Under the pieces are notes generated by a model. The model was not told the DNA's origin, ran no database searches, and saw only the letters and a list, made by a program, of their open reading frames with translations. Both the position numbers and the translations under genes were made by a program. From Candidatus Woesearchaeota archaeon (lineage in GTDB: Archaea > Nanobdellota > Nanobdellia > Pacearchaeales > GW2011-AR1), in contig CAYWQI010000001.1 in the NCBI GenBank assembly GCA_964460535.1, positions 26,856 through 90,855 of the forward strand: a stretch of DNA of 64,000 nucleotides, written 5' to 3'. Of the stretch, positions 1 through 9,509 are shown in pieces. Within the stretch, counting starts at the first letter, position 1; each line of letters begins with the position of its first letter.

Positions 1-415
1 TATTTTTCTTGCAGGACAGATATTAGAATTATCTGGAAAAGCAAAAAAAGGAAAGGGAGAAGAAATAGCACGAAAAGAATTAATATCCGGAAGAGCATTT
101 TCTAAATTTAAAGAAATAATTACTGAACAAAAAGGAAATTTAAGCAATATAAAATATGCAAAATACAAATCAAACATTAAATCTTATTATTCTGGAAAAA
201 TAACAAGGACAAAAAACAAGGATATTTCAATTTTAGCAAGATTAGCAGGAGCACCTACAGATATAAGAGCAGGAATTTATTTACATAAAAAAACAGGAGA
301 TAAGATAAAAAAAGGAGATATTTTAATTACAATTTATTCTGAATCTTTATCAAGATTAAAAAGATCAAAGAAATTTTTCAAAAAAGCAAGACCTCTTGAA
401 ATTTCTAAAACTTAA
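1..415 (+). CDS. AMP/thymidine phosphorylase, C-terminal part (5' truncated by window)
   Basis: Frame 2 translates to ...ISGRAFSKFKEII...ARLAGAPTDIRAGIYLHKKTGDKIKKGDILITIYSES, the PYNP C-terminal domain pattern; stop at 413-415. Confidence 0.8.
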   Translation, partial: IFLAGQILELSGKAKKGKGEEIARKELISGRAFSKFKEIITEQKGNLSNIKYAKYKSNIKSYYSGKITRTKNKDISILARLAGAPTDIRAGIYLHKKTGDKIKKGDILITIYSESLSRLKRSKKFFKKARPLEISKT

Positions 416-446
416 ATTATTTAAATGCTCTTTTCTTTAATATTTT

Positions 447-722
447 ATGGCAACAAACTACAGGAGAAGAGTTATTGAATACTTTAAGAAAAATCTCAAA
501 AAAGGATATACTTCAGAATCTCTTAAATGGGCATTAATTAATCAAGGATACACTAAAACTCTTGTAGAAACTTCTCTTAAAAAAGCACAAATTGAACTTG
601 CTGAAGAAGCACCAATTTTAAAAGAAAAACCAAGGATAAAATATGAAATTATTGATGAAAAAAATAAACCAATAAAAATAAAAAAACCTTTTTTCAAAAA
701 AATAAAAGATCTATTTAGGTAA
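447..722 (+). CDS. hypothetical protein
   Basis: 91-aa ORF with TATA-like upstream sequence; helical 'KKGYTSESLKWALINQGY' motif. Confidence 0.6.
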   Translation: MATNYRRRVIEYFKKNLKKGYTSESLKWALINQGYTKTLVETSLKKAQIELAEEAPILKEKPRIKYEIIDEKNKPIKIKKPFFKKIKDLFR

Positions 723-755
723 GCTTTTTAAATAAGGAATTAATGTTATTTCTAT

Positions 756-836
756 GCCGCCATCGCATAAAGGTATTGCACCTGGCTTGAGACCAGGGCC
801 CTTCGGGGCATCCCCGTTCGATTCGGGGTGGCGGCG
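756..836 (+). tRNA. tRNA-Ser(TGA)
   Basis: Acceptor GCCGCCA/TGGCGGC, anticodon arm CCTGG-CTTGAGA-CCAGG, long variable arm GCCCTTCGGGGC, T-loop GTTCGATT, discriminator G. Confidence 0.93.
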
Positions 837-1041
837 TTGCATATTTTAATTTTAAAAAATCTTTCAATAACATAAATTCATGAGTTTTTAGTATTGATAA
901 TCCTTTTTAATAAGATTCAAGAACATATCTAGATATTTATGAAAATATCTTGCTTAGATACCAAAAGTCTTTATTATCAATTTCCTTTTAATGAACAAAG
1001 TTTAAATTTTATCCTGCATTTCTAAAATATTAAAAAGATTT

Positions 1042-2991
1042 TTAAGAATTTTTTCCAGTAACATGAGTTTCTAATACATTTAAAACTCTTGAATCAGGAG
1101 AAAGAACAAAAACAAAATCTTCTTTGAATCTTAACCCTCTATAAAGTTTTTGAAACAATTCTCTAGAAGCCTTGTCTTTATAAAATTCCCAATATTGTCC
1201 TGGATGTGTTTTATGAAGAATTCTCCAAAAAGCATCTTTAACATCCGGATTAGGATATTTTGTAAATATAATTGAGCGACATTGTTCTCCAGGAAAATCC
1301 ATTCCTCTTGAAGCACGAGTTGAGAAGAATATATCTCTTTCACCAGATTTAAATTCTTTAACAATCTCTCCAGTATTATCAGAAAATTGTTCTTCTTTGA
1401 GTTCTTGTCTTGAAATTAGGTTTTTTAGATTAAATTCTTCTTTTTCTTTTTCATTAGGTAAATCTCCAAAAGAATTTACATGAACAAGAGTTGGACGAGG
1501 AGCTTCTTTTAAGCAAGATTCAAGCGCATCAAGATAATCTTTACGAGTATGGTTTCCTTGAGAAAAATTAGAATATTTGCAATCTTTTTCAAGACCTGTT
1601 CTCCTAATTTCAATTTTTCCAGGATTAGAAGTCTCAGCATCAACAATAGTAAATTTTTCTAAACCAAAAATATCTCTCAAAACTTGTTCTGAATGAAGAG
1701 TTCCTGACATCAAGACTATTGATTTGTTCTTTCTCACCATTTCTTTGAATCTTTTTGCAAGATTTGTTGTTACAATATTTACAATAAAGAGTTCATCTTT
1801 TTTTGTTATATTCATATAACTTTCATTTAAGAATCCTTCAAACATCCTTGATGTTTCTTCAACATCAACTAGATAACTTTCAGGATCTATTTCATCAAGT
1901 ATTTGGGGGTTTTTTAGTATTAGTTTAATCATGTCATATATTCCTGTTTTTTTTAACTCAATTATGTTTCCATTTTCAGCAAGAGAATCAATTCTCTTAT
2001 CTTTTTTAAAATGTTTTATAAGTTTTAATAATTCATCAATAACATCTTCTGCATTTTCATTAATTCCAAATAAATTAATAAGTGAATTTTGAAGACGATT
2101 TATATTTATACTTCTTTGATTTGAAAAACTATCTAAAAATTCATCACATTCATCTATAATTTCAACTTCAGTCATAGGCTTCCTTCCTAAGGCACTTTCA
2201 AGTTTGTATTTTAGAGAATTAAAAACAATAACATCAGAATTAACATAAGAGAGATATTGTTCATAAAATTTGCATCCAGGTTTTCCACAATTAACTACAA
2301 AATTTTTATTATCTATTCCAACATAAGAAAATTTATTTTTTTCAGGAAAGTTTTTTAATTCATATTTTTCAGGCAAAACCGGAGACCAATAAGGGCATGC
2401 AGCAGCAACACTTGCTCTCTTTACATCTTGTATTTCATTAAAATTATTTACATTTACATTTGGATTTTGTTTAATATACTCTTTTAGTTGTCCGATATTT
2501 CTTTTTTTAATTTCTATTTTACAAGGAATATTTGGATTATTAGCACTAAAATCTCTAGTTTTTTCTTTTTTCTTTTTATTACTAAAAATATCTAAAAGAT
2601 TTTTATCTGTTTCATAAGACTTTTTATTTAAAGGTATATTTTTTTGTTCTTCAAGAAATTTACACTTATGATTTTTTCTTCCAGTCATTACACTTATATT
2701 AAGTTTTTTCTTAGAATTTTTTAAAAGATATTTATTTATCTCATAATCTGCTTTATATTGTGCTTGTAGATTTTTTCCTGGAACCACAACACTTGTTTTT
2801 CCAAGTTCCTTTGCTATATTTAATGCAATTCCTGATTTTCCAGTACCACAAACTCCTCTAATAAAAATTATTTTTTCACCTTTTTTTATTTTAGAGACTA
2901 TTTCATTTACAACATCTTCTTGTGTTTTTTTATTACTAAATTTTAAAGGTTGTAGAAATTCTCCCTCTTTATTATATAATGACCATACCAT
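1042..2991 (-). CDS. DinG/XPD(Rad3)-like SF2 helicase
   Basis: Walker A GVCGTGKS, IIDECD, LMSGTL, RGMDFPG, Cys cluster consistent with an Fe-S region. Confidence 0.75.
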   Translation of the reverse strand: MVWSLYNKEGEFLQPLKFSNKKTQEDVVNEIVSKIKKGEKIIFIRGVCGTGKSGIALNIAKELGKTSVVVPGKNLQAQYKADYEINKYLLKNSKKKLNISVMTGRKNHKCKFLEEQKNIPLNKKSYETDKNLLDIFSNKKKKEKTRDFSANNPNIPCKIEIKKRNIGQLKEYIKQNPNVNVNNFNEIQDVKRASVAAACPYWSPVLPEKYELKNFPEKNKFSYVGIDNKNFVVNCGKPGCKFYEQYLSYVNSDVIVFNSLKYKLESALGRKPMTEVEIIDECDEFLDSFSNQRSININRLQNSLINLFGINENAEDVIDELLKLIKHFKKDKRIDSLAENGNIIELKKTGIYDMIKLILKNPQILDEIDPESYLVDVEETSRMFEGFLNESYMNITKKDELFIVNIVTTNLAKRFKEMVRKNKSIVLMSGTLHSEQVLRDIFGLEKFTIVDAETSNPGKIEIRRTGLEKDCKYSNFSQGNHTRKDYLDALESCLKEAPRPTLVHVNSFGDLPNEKEKEEFNLKNLISRQELKEEQFSDNTGEIVKEFKSGERDIFFSTRASRGMDFPGEQCRSIIFTKYPNPDVKDAFWRILHKTHPGQYWEFYKDKASRELFQKLYRGLRFKEDFVFVLSPDSRVLNVLETHVTGKNS

Positions 2992-3082
2992 TAAAGAAAA
3001 ACATAAAATAGCATTATAAAGTTTATTGTTTAAAAAGTCCCAACTAGATCTATGGACTTAGTGCTTAATTAAAAAATTAAAA

Positions 3083-3397
3083 TTAACCAAACAATGCACT
3101 AAGACCTTCAGCTGCAGCTTCAGATTTTTCTTCTTTTTTCTCTTCTTTCTTTTCGTCTGCTTTAGAAGAATCCCCTGAACTTTCAGTTCCACTTGTTCCA
3201 GCATTTCCACTAGGAACAGCTAAACTTGCAGATTCAAGTTCTTTTTCTATGTCCACATCTTTCAGACTAGCAACAAGACTTTTTATCTGAGCTTCGTCAG
3301 GTGTTTTTCCAACAGCTGTTAAAACCTTTTTAAGGTTTTCTTCATTCACTTCTTGTCCTGCTTTATGCAAAAGCAATGCAGAGTATATGTTTTCCAT
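3083..3397 (-). CDS. rpl12: 50S ribosomal protein P1/L12
   Basis: MENIYSALLLH...AAAEGLSALFG, archaeal stalk protein. Confidence 0.95.
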   Translation of the reverse strand: MENIYSALLLHKAGQEVNEENLKKVLTAVGKTPDEAQIKSLVASLKDVDIEKELESASLAVPSGNAGTSGTESSGDSSKADEKKEEKKEEKSEAAAEGLSALFG

Positions 3398-3435
3398 TTT
3401 TTTGTTGTTTTTTATTTATTTAGTTGAGTATTTAA

Positions 3436-4359
3436 TTATCCAAACAATGCTCCAAGACCTTCTGTTGAAGGGCCTTGAGTTTCTTCTTTGTTTTCTTGTT
3501 TAGATTCTTCAGTTGGTTTTTCTTCTTGTGTCTGGACTTGTGTCTCTGGTTCTGGCTCACCAGTTATTGTTCTATTTATTTTTAATGCATGAGAATTTGC
3601 CTTTCCTAATAAAAATCCAATAGTGTCTTTTGAAGTATAACCCATCTCAACTGCAAAAGCCAATGCCTTTGAATAAGATTGCACTAAGTTTTTAATAGTT
3701 TCTTCAGTATCTATGTTTATTTCACTATATAATTTTTTCTCTTCAGTATCAAAAGCACAAACAGGAATAAATCCTATTGAAAAAGGTTTTATATCTAATT
3801 TAGACATGACATCTGCAACTTCTTGAGATATTTTTTCTCCTTGTTTAACTATTGTTTTATCTGTCTTAATATTGATTTTTCCTTCCTTAATTTCAATTGG
3901 AATTCCAACAGCTCCTAATTCAGAGATTGCTGGTCCTGGAGCAAGATCTGTAGGGCCTGCTCGGATAACTATGTCTTGTGGAGCTTCTTGTCCTGGTTTT
4001 GCTTTAGCAGGTGTTTTCTTTTTAATCAATTCTCCTGCAATATCAAAAGCATCCATGTCTGAAAACAAAACCGCAACTCCTTCTTTAAAATAATCTTCTA
4101 GTTCTTTTACTTCTTTTTGTTTTGAATTTTCAATAGCTCTGAATATTAAGCTTTTCTTTGGAACCTGAACTGTTGCCTTTCCTCTTAACATTTTTGAAAT
4201 TTCTTGAAATTGTTTTGCAGGAAGATTTTTTATTGATGCAATTAAAACTGTTTTTTTTGTTTCAAGAAGGTTTTTCATTCTATCTACAAGCTTTTTCTTT
4301 CTTGCAGGTATTGGGTTTATTCTATGCTCTATTTTTTCTTTATTCTTATTCTGATTCAT
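3436..4359 (-). CDS. rplP0: 50S ribosomal protein uL10/P0
   Basis: AKPGQEAPQDIVIRAGPTDLAPGPAISELGAVG; C-terminal GLGALFG. Confidence 0.95.
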   Translation of the reverse strand: MNQNKNKEKIEHRINPIPARKKKLVDRMKNLLETKKTVLIASIKNLPAKQFQEISKMLRGKATVQVPKKSLIFRAIENSKQKEVKELEDYFKEGVAVLFSDMDAFDIAGELIKKKTPAKAKPGQEAPQDIVIRAGPTDLAPGPAISELGAVGIPIEIKEGKINIKTDKTIVKQGEKISQEVADVMSKLDIKPFSIGFIPVCAFDTEEKKLYSEINIDTEETIKNLVQSYSKALAFAVEMGYTSKDTIGFLLGKANSHALKINRTITGEPEPETQVQTQEEKPTEESKQENKEETQGPSTEGLGALFG

Positions 4360-4991
4360 TTTAATTTTATTTTTTGAGGTTTAGTCATAGTAAATTTAAT
4401 TTCAATATTCTTGATATTATCTTTTCCTCTTGAAAATTCCTTAACAAGAGAATTATAAATCGCCATTGCATTTTCAACAATTTCCTCATCTTTCATATCT
4501 TGTTTGCCTACAGGAACTTTGATGCTTGCTTCTTTTGTTTTTATTTTAATACTAGTATTTATCTTTTTAATCAGATTTTCAATTATTTTATCATCTGCAT
4601 TTGGAATAATTCCTAATTGAGGACTTGGCATTTTTCCTAATGGACCAAGTGCACGTCCAAAAGTAGTAGCAACTTTAGGCATTAAATTTGCTTGAGAAAT
4701 GAAAAAATCATATTTTCTAACTAATTTTTTTAAGGATTTTTTATCTTTATATTTTCCAAATTCACTCGGAGGAATTGTATTAATTTTACTAGATGAACCA
4801 TCAATAAACCCTGCAATTTTCTTATCCTTTATTTTATGAGGAACACTTACAATAGTGTTGATACTATCTTTTTTCAAATCAAATTTTTGAAGATTAATAA
4901 TTAAATCCACTGTTTGATTAAATTTTCTTTCTTTTGAATTCTTTCTAAGTTCTTTTAATGATTTCTTTAATTCTTGACTTAATTCTGTCAT
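4356..4991 (-). CDS. rpl1: 50S ribosomal protein uL1
   Basis: RKFNQTVDLIINL, GRALGPLGKMPSP; L1-P0-L12 operon; SD AGGAGG upstream. Confidence 0.93.
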   Translation of the reverse strand: MTELSQELKKSLKELRKNSKERKFNQTVDLIINLQKFDLKKDSINTIVSVPHKIKDKKIAGFIDGSSSKINTIPPSEFGKYKDKKSLKKLVRKYDFFISQANLMPKVATTFGRALGPLGKMPSPQLGIIPNADDKIIENLIKKINTSIKIKTKEASIKVPVGKQDMKDEEIVENAMAIYNSLVKEFSRGKDNIKNIEIKFTMTKPQKIKLK

Positions 4992-5109
4992 TTTATTCCT
5001 CCTACATAATGCGCTTGTGTTCAGAATTCTTTGAATTTAAATGAACTCAGCGATGTAGTTTTTGGTAAATTTTCAAGATAAATAGGGTTTTTAAATCATT
5101 CGGTTTTCA

Positions 5110-5338
5110 ATCTAGCCACACAAGATATAAAAAATTCAAAATTCATTCTCTAATAAGATATCAATAGAAATAACTTTCTCAGATTGCACATAACAAATTA
5201 GAGATATATCTTTTAAAAGCAAAAAATATCAAGGATACTTCTAATAATGCCTATGACTCTATTAATTAAAATTCTTATTATTTATCAAATCCCTAAGAAA
5301 TGAAATTATTAACAAAAAAGCAAGGATGTTACAATGTA
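5110..5338 (-). repeat. dispersed ~230-bp intergenic repeat, diverged copy
   Basis: Reverse complement contains TTGTAACATCC, AATAATAAGAATTTTAATTAATA and TTGTTATGTGCAATCTGAGAAAGTT, shared with the other copies. Confidence 0.65.
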
Positions 5339-5410
5339 AATTGTTTTGACAAATCTTTTCATTTTTTGAAAATAACAAAACTTTAAATACAAAAGCTGAT
5401 TTATTATCTT

Positions 5411-6361
5411 ATGAAAATAAAAGAGGCATTTGCAAGAATAAAGAAAATTAAAAAACCACTATCAACTAATAGAATTAGTTTTTCTTATACTAACCAAGCA
5501 ATTTTGAAAGATATAACTCTGAATTTAAAAAAATCAGAAATTCTTGCTATTATTGGAAAGTCTGGAAGTGGAAAATCAACTTTTTTAAAATTAATTTCAG
5601 GAATTATTTCAAAAAAATATGCAGGAAAAATAAAAATATTTGGAAAACCAAAATTTTTCAAAAAATCTAAGATTGGATTTGTTCCACAAGAACTTTCCTT
5701 TATTCCAGATCTTTCTTTATATGATAACATTAGAATAACAGGATTGAATTTAGGATTAAGTGAAAAAACAGCACTAAACAGAGCAGAAAAGTTTCTGACT
5801 TTCTTAAAAATGGATGAATCTTTAAATAAATTTCCAAGAGAACTTTCAGGAGGGCAAAAAGTTAGATTTAATATTGTTTTATCTTTATTGCATGAACCTG
5901 AAATTATTGTTCTAGATGAACCTTTTGTAGGACTTGATTTTTCAAACAGAAAACTTTTATGGCATTTTATAGAATCTCTAAAAAATAAAGGAAAATCAAT
6001 CATTCTAACTTCTCATTTATTAACAGAAACTCAAGAACATGTTGATAGATTAATTATCTTAAAAAATGGAAAAATTTTATTTAATGGCAATCTTGAAAGA
6101 TTAAAACAAAAATTTAAATTAAATTATATCTTTGAGATAAGGTTTTCAAGATTATCAAAGGACAATTTTAATAAAATAAAAAAATATTGCACTTACAAGG
6201 AAATTCCAATACTTGATAATTATGAAAGATATTTAATGATAGGAATAAAAACAGAAAAACAAAGAAAAATGTTATTAAATCTTTTTTCAAAATTAAATTT
6301 ACAATTCAAGGAAATTAGTTTTAGAGAACCTAATTTAGATGAAATTTTTTTAAAAACTTAA
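5411..6361 (+). CDS. ABC transporter ATP-binding protein
   Basis: GKSGSGKS, LSGGQ, IVLDEP, TSH. Confidence 0.93.
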   Translation: MKIKEAFARIKKIKKPLSTNRISFSYTNQAILKDITLNLKKSEILAIIGKSGSGKSTFLKLISGIISKKYAGKIKIFGKPKFFKKSKIGFVPQELSFIPDLSLYDNIRITGLNLGLSEKTALNRAEKFLTFLKMDESLNKFPRELSGGQKVRFNIVLSLLHEPEIIVLDEPFVGLDFSNRKLLWHFIESLKNKGKSIILTSHLLTETQEHVDRLIILKNGKILFNGNLERLKQKFKLNYIFEIRFSRLSKDNFNKIKKYCTYKEIPILDNYERYLMIGIKTEKQRKMLLNLFSKLNLQFKEISFREPNLDEIFLKT

Positions 6362-6362
6362 A

Positions 6363-7631
6363 ATGACAAACAAGAAACCTTCAAGATTAAATAATACAGG
6401 AAATTTTTTAGTATCTCCATTTAGGAAATTTTATGGATATATTAAAAAAGACTTCTTGTTATTATACAAAAGAAAAAAATATTTGTATCTTTTCATATTA
6501 CTTCCCTTGATTATAGCAAGTCTTTTTTTATTTGCTCTTAATCCAACAGAATATAAAATTGATGTTGGAGTTTGTGATAATGACGATTCAGAATATTCTT
6601 CTCAATCTTTATCAGATTTAAGAAACTTCAATCCTGTTTTGTTAAACGAACCAGATAATTGTGAACAAAAACTTTTACAGAAGATAAAATCCGGAGAATT
6701 TGATTTAGGATTACTAGTTCCTCAAGGATTTTCAGACAATATACAAAACTTAAATCAAGCAAGATTAATTATTTTTTATGACAATACTGATATTGCTTTT
6801 GCAAATCTTGTTTCATGGAAAGTTGACCAATCTATTGAACCTTTTAAAAGAGACATCATTGATAATTTAAATCAAGAATTAAAATCAAGAGTTAAAAATA
6901 TACAAAAAGGAACAGAATTAATAATTGATTATCCTTTGCCGCAACTTTTTAATTCAGAAGTTAAAGATATTAACAAAAATTTAAAAAATCTTGAAGAAAT
7001 GGATACAGAATTTTTAGTTCGTCCAATATGGACACAAAAAATACCTCTTTATGACGATACATTCAAAAAATCTTCTGCAATTGCTTTTGTTTTTCCAATT
7101 TTATCCTTGTTTATTCTTTTAATGTTAGCATCAACTTCAATTATTTATGATAAAAAAACAGGTCACATAACTAGAGTAAAATCTTCTTCCTCTCCATTAA
7201 TTTATCTTTTTTCAAAAACAATTTTTTTCATTTTTCTTGCAATTGTCCAGTTTTTAATTATCTTCTTATTATTTTTAGCTTATGGTTCTTCTTATAGTTT
7301 CAGTATCTTAGAAGCTCTTAAATTAATTATTTACATAGGAGTTATTAATTCTCTTTTAGGATTTATCATTGGATTTATTTCAAATAATGAAGGAATAGCA
7401 GTATTGTTTTCTCTAATACTTGCATTTCCATTAATGCTAGTTTCAGGAATATTCTTTCCAATTCAAACACTTCCAAAAGTTTTACAATGGATTGCACAGA
7501 TTCTTCCATTGAAGTATCAAATTGATGCAACAAAATCAGTATTATTATTTAATCAAACTCTTTCATTAAATTGGTTTTATGTTTGTATTGGAATGTTTGT
7601 AATAGTTTTATGGTTAAATAAAAAAAGTTAA
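6363..7631 (+). CDS. ABC-2 type exporter permease
   Basis: N-terminal TM, extracellular loop, C-terminal TMs with SGIFFPIQTLPKVLQWIAQILPL. Confidence 0.88.
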   Translation: MTNKKPSRLNNTGNFLVSPFRKFYGYIKKDFLLLYKRKKYLYLFILLPLIIASLFLFALNPTEYKIDVGVCDNDDSEYSSQSLSDLRNFNPVLLNEPDNCEQKLLQKIKSGEFDLGLLVPQGFSDNIQNLNQARLIIFYDNTDIAFANLVSWKVDQSIEPFKRDIIDNLNQELKSRVKNIQKGTELIIDYPLPQLFNSEVKDINKNLKNLEEMDTEFLVRPIWTQKIPLYDDTFKKSSAIAFVFPILSLFILLMLASTSIIYDKKTGHITRVKSSSSPLIYLFSKTIFFIFLAIVQFLIIFLLFLAYGSSYSFSILEALKLIIYIGVINSLLGFIIGFISNNEGIAVLFSLILAFPLMLVSGIFFPIQTLPKVLQWIAQILPLKYQIDATKSVLLFNQTLSLNWFYVCIGMFVIVLWLNKKS

Positions 7632-7671
7632 ATATTTTTTAAATATTTATAGAATATCATTAATTTAAGAA

Positions 7672-9480
7672 TTATTTTCCCCAATCTATTTTTTCTCTTC
7701 TTTTTATATCTGCAATTTCTTGAAGTACTTTTATTTCTTCATTTCCAAGAAGGTCTTTATTTTTTTTAAATGTTTTAAATTGTTTTTCAGATAAGTTTGA
7801 ATATAAGTTTTCTGTGTCTTTTAATTGTCTTTCAAAATTAACTCCTGGAATTGAAATAGCAACTTCCATATCTTTTTCTGCAGATTCAACAGGCTTGTTT
7901 TCAGATTGAATGTTTTTTATCCTTCCTATTTTTTTCCTTTCTGAATCAATCAATTCCTGGTTTTGGACTATTTTGCCACCTAAAACTTTTACTCCAAAAA
8001 CTGCAGGATTAGAATTTCTAAATACATATTCTGGAAGAATCTTTATTTTTGAAATTGTTGCAAGTTCCATTAAACGTTTTTTTTCAATCTCCTTTCTTTT
8101 TTGTTCTCTAAATTCAAGTAGTTCTTCTATTAACTTATATACTACTTCTTCTGTAAATACTTTTATTCCTTTGTAAGATTTAGATAATTCTTTTGCATCT
8201 TCATCAAGAGAAGTATTAAAACCAACAATAACTGCATCAAGTTCATTTATGTCAAGATTTGCTTTTGCAGATATAATATCTCTTTTATTAATATTTCCAA
8301 TACCTGCTTTTACAACCTGAATATTATTTTGTTTTAACATTGTTAAGAGTGCTTCTAGACTTCCAAGAGAATCTGCTTTTGCAATTATTCCTTGTTTACT
8401 TAATCTTTTTAATAATGTTTCTGAAAGTTCTTTTTCAAATATCTCCTTGATTTCTTTTTTATTATTTTGAAATTTTAAAAAAGGCATTCCAGGCAATATT
8501 TCTGATTTTTCTTTTATTTGAATTCTAATTCCAGTAGAAGCTTGAGCATTCTCAACTGGTTCAAATTTTTCACTTAGGGGTTTTATTTCTTCTAAGACTC
8601 TTATTTTACTAATAATAGGTTCATTTCCCTTTGCTTCAAAATTAATATTAGCTATAGCAATTTCATCATTCTTGTTTAATTTACCATCATGAAGTATAGC
8701 TTCTATAAAATTTCCTGAAGCATTTTTTTTAACTTCAAGAACAACTCCTCGAGGTTCATTATTTAATGTAAGTTTATCTTGAAGATATTTTTGACTTAAA
8801 CCACACAACATCATAATTAATTCAGGAATTCCTTCTTGTGTTTCAGCAGAGCACGGAACTAGAGCAATTTTTTTTGTAAAATCATTAATATTATAAAACA
8901 AATCAGCTTCAAAACCATAACTATTCAGACTTCCAATTAAAGTTAAATAACGTTCATTAAAAACTTGCTGAACTCTTTGAGGTTGTTTTTCAATATTTTC
9001 TTTAAGACTGATTTCTCCAGGTTTTTGAGATTGCCATGCAGAAATATTGTCTATTTTGTTTAATGCAATTATAAAAGGAGTAGAATTTTTTTTAAGAAGT
9101 TGTATAACTTCTGCTGTTTGAGGTTTTATTCCATCATTTATATCAATAACTAGAATAGCTAAATCAGCAAGTCCTCCACCACGTTTACGAAGATTAGTAA
9201 ATGCAGCATGTCCAGGAGTATCTATAAACAAAAAACCAGGGATATTTAATTGAATTCCAGATTTTTCAATCAAAGGACAAGATTGTTTTAATTTTTCTAA
9301 AGGATATTTTGTAAAAGATATTTTTTGAGTAATATTTCCAGCCTCGCCTTTTTGGATAGTAGTATTTCGCAAGCTATCAAGAACACTTGTTTTTCCATGA
9401 TCAACATGTCCGCAAACAGTTACAATTGGTTGCCTAATGTTTTTCTTTGTATTTTTTTCTGTTTCCATAAAAATATACAA
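7672..9480 (-). CDS. infB: translation initiation factor aIF5B (IF-2)
   Basis: RQPIVTVCGHVDHGKT, DTPGHAAFTNLRKRGG, NKID. Confidence 0.97.
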   Translation of the reverse strand: MYIFMETEKNTKKNIRQPIVTVCGHVDHGKTSVLDSLRNTTIQKGEAGNITQKISFTKYPLEKLKQSCPLIEKSGIQLNIPGFLFIDTPGHAAFTNLRKRGGGLADLAILVIDINDGIKPQTAEVIQLLKKNSTPFIIALNKIDNISAWQSQKPGEISLKENIEKQPQRVQQVFNERYLTLIGSLNSYGFEADLFYNINDFTKKIALVPCSAETQEGIPELIMMLCGLSQKYLQDKLTLNNEPRGVVLEVKKNASGNFIEAILHDGKLNKNDEIAIANINFEAKGNEPIISKIRVLEEIKPLSEKFEPVENAQASTGIRIQIKEKSEILPGMPFLKFQNNKKEIKEIFEKELSETLLKRLSKQGIIAKADSLGSLEALLTMLKQNNIQVVKAGIGNINKRDIISAKANLDINELDAVIVGFNTSLDEDAKELSKSYKGIKVFTEEVVYKLIEELLEFREQKRKEIEKKRLMELATISKIKILPEYVFRNSNPAVFGVKVLGGKIVQNQELIDSERKKIGRIKNIQSENKPVESAEKDMEVAISIPGVNFERQLKDTENLYSNLSEKQFKTFKKNKDLLGNEEIKVLQEIADIKRREKIDWGK

Positions 9481-9509
9481 GAAATAATTGTTTTTAAAGA
9501 TTGGGAAAA

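Noticed and set aside
860..1035. Eighth copy of the dispersed repeat
   Set aside because: Only vague AT-rich similarity and no recognisable TIR; cannot be supported by eye
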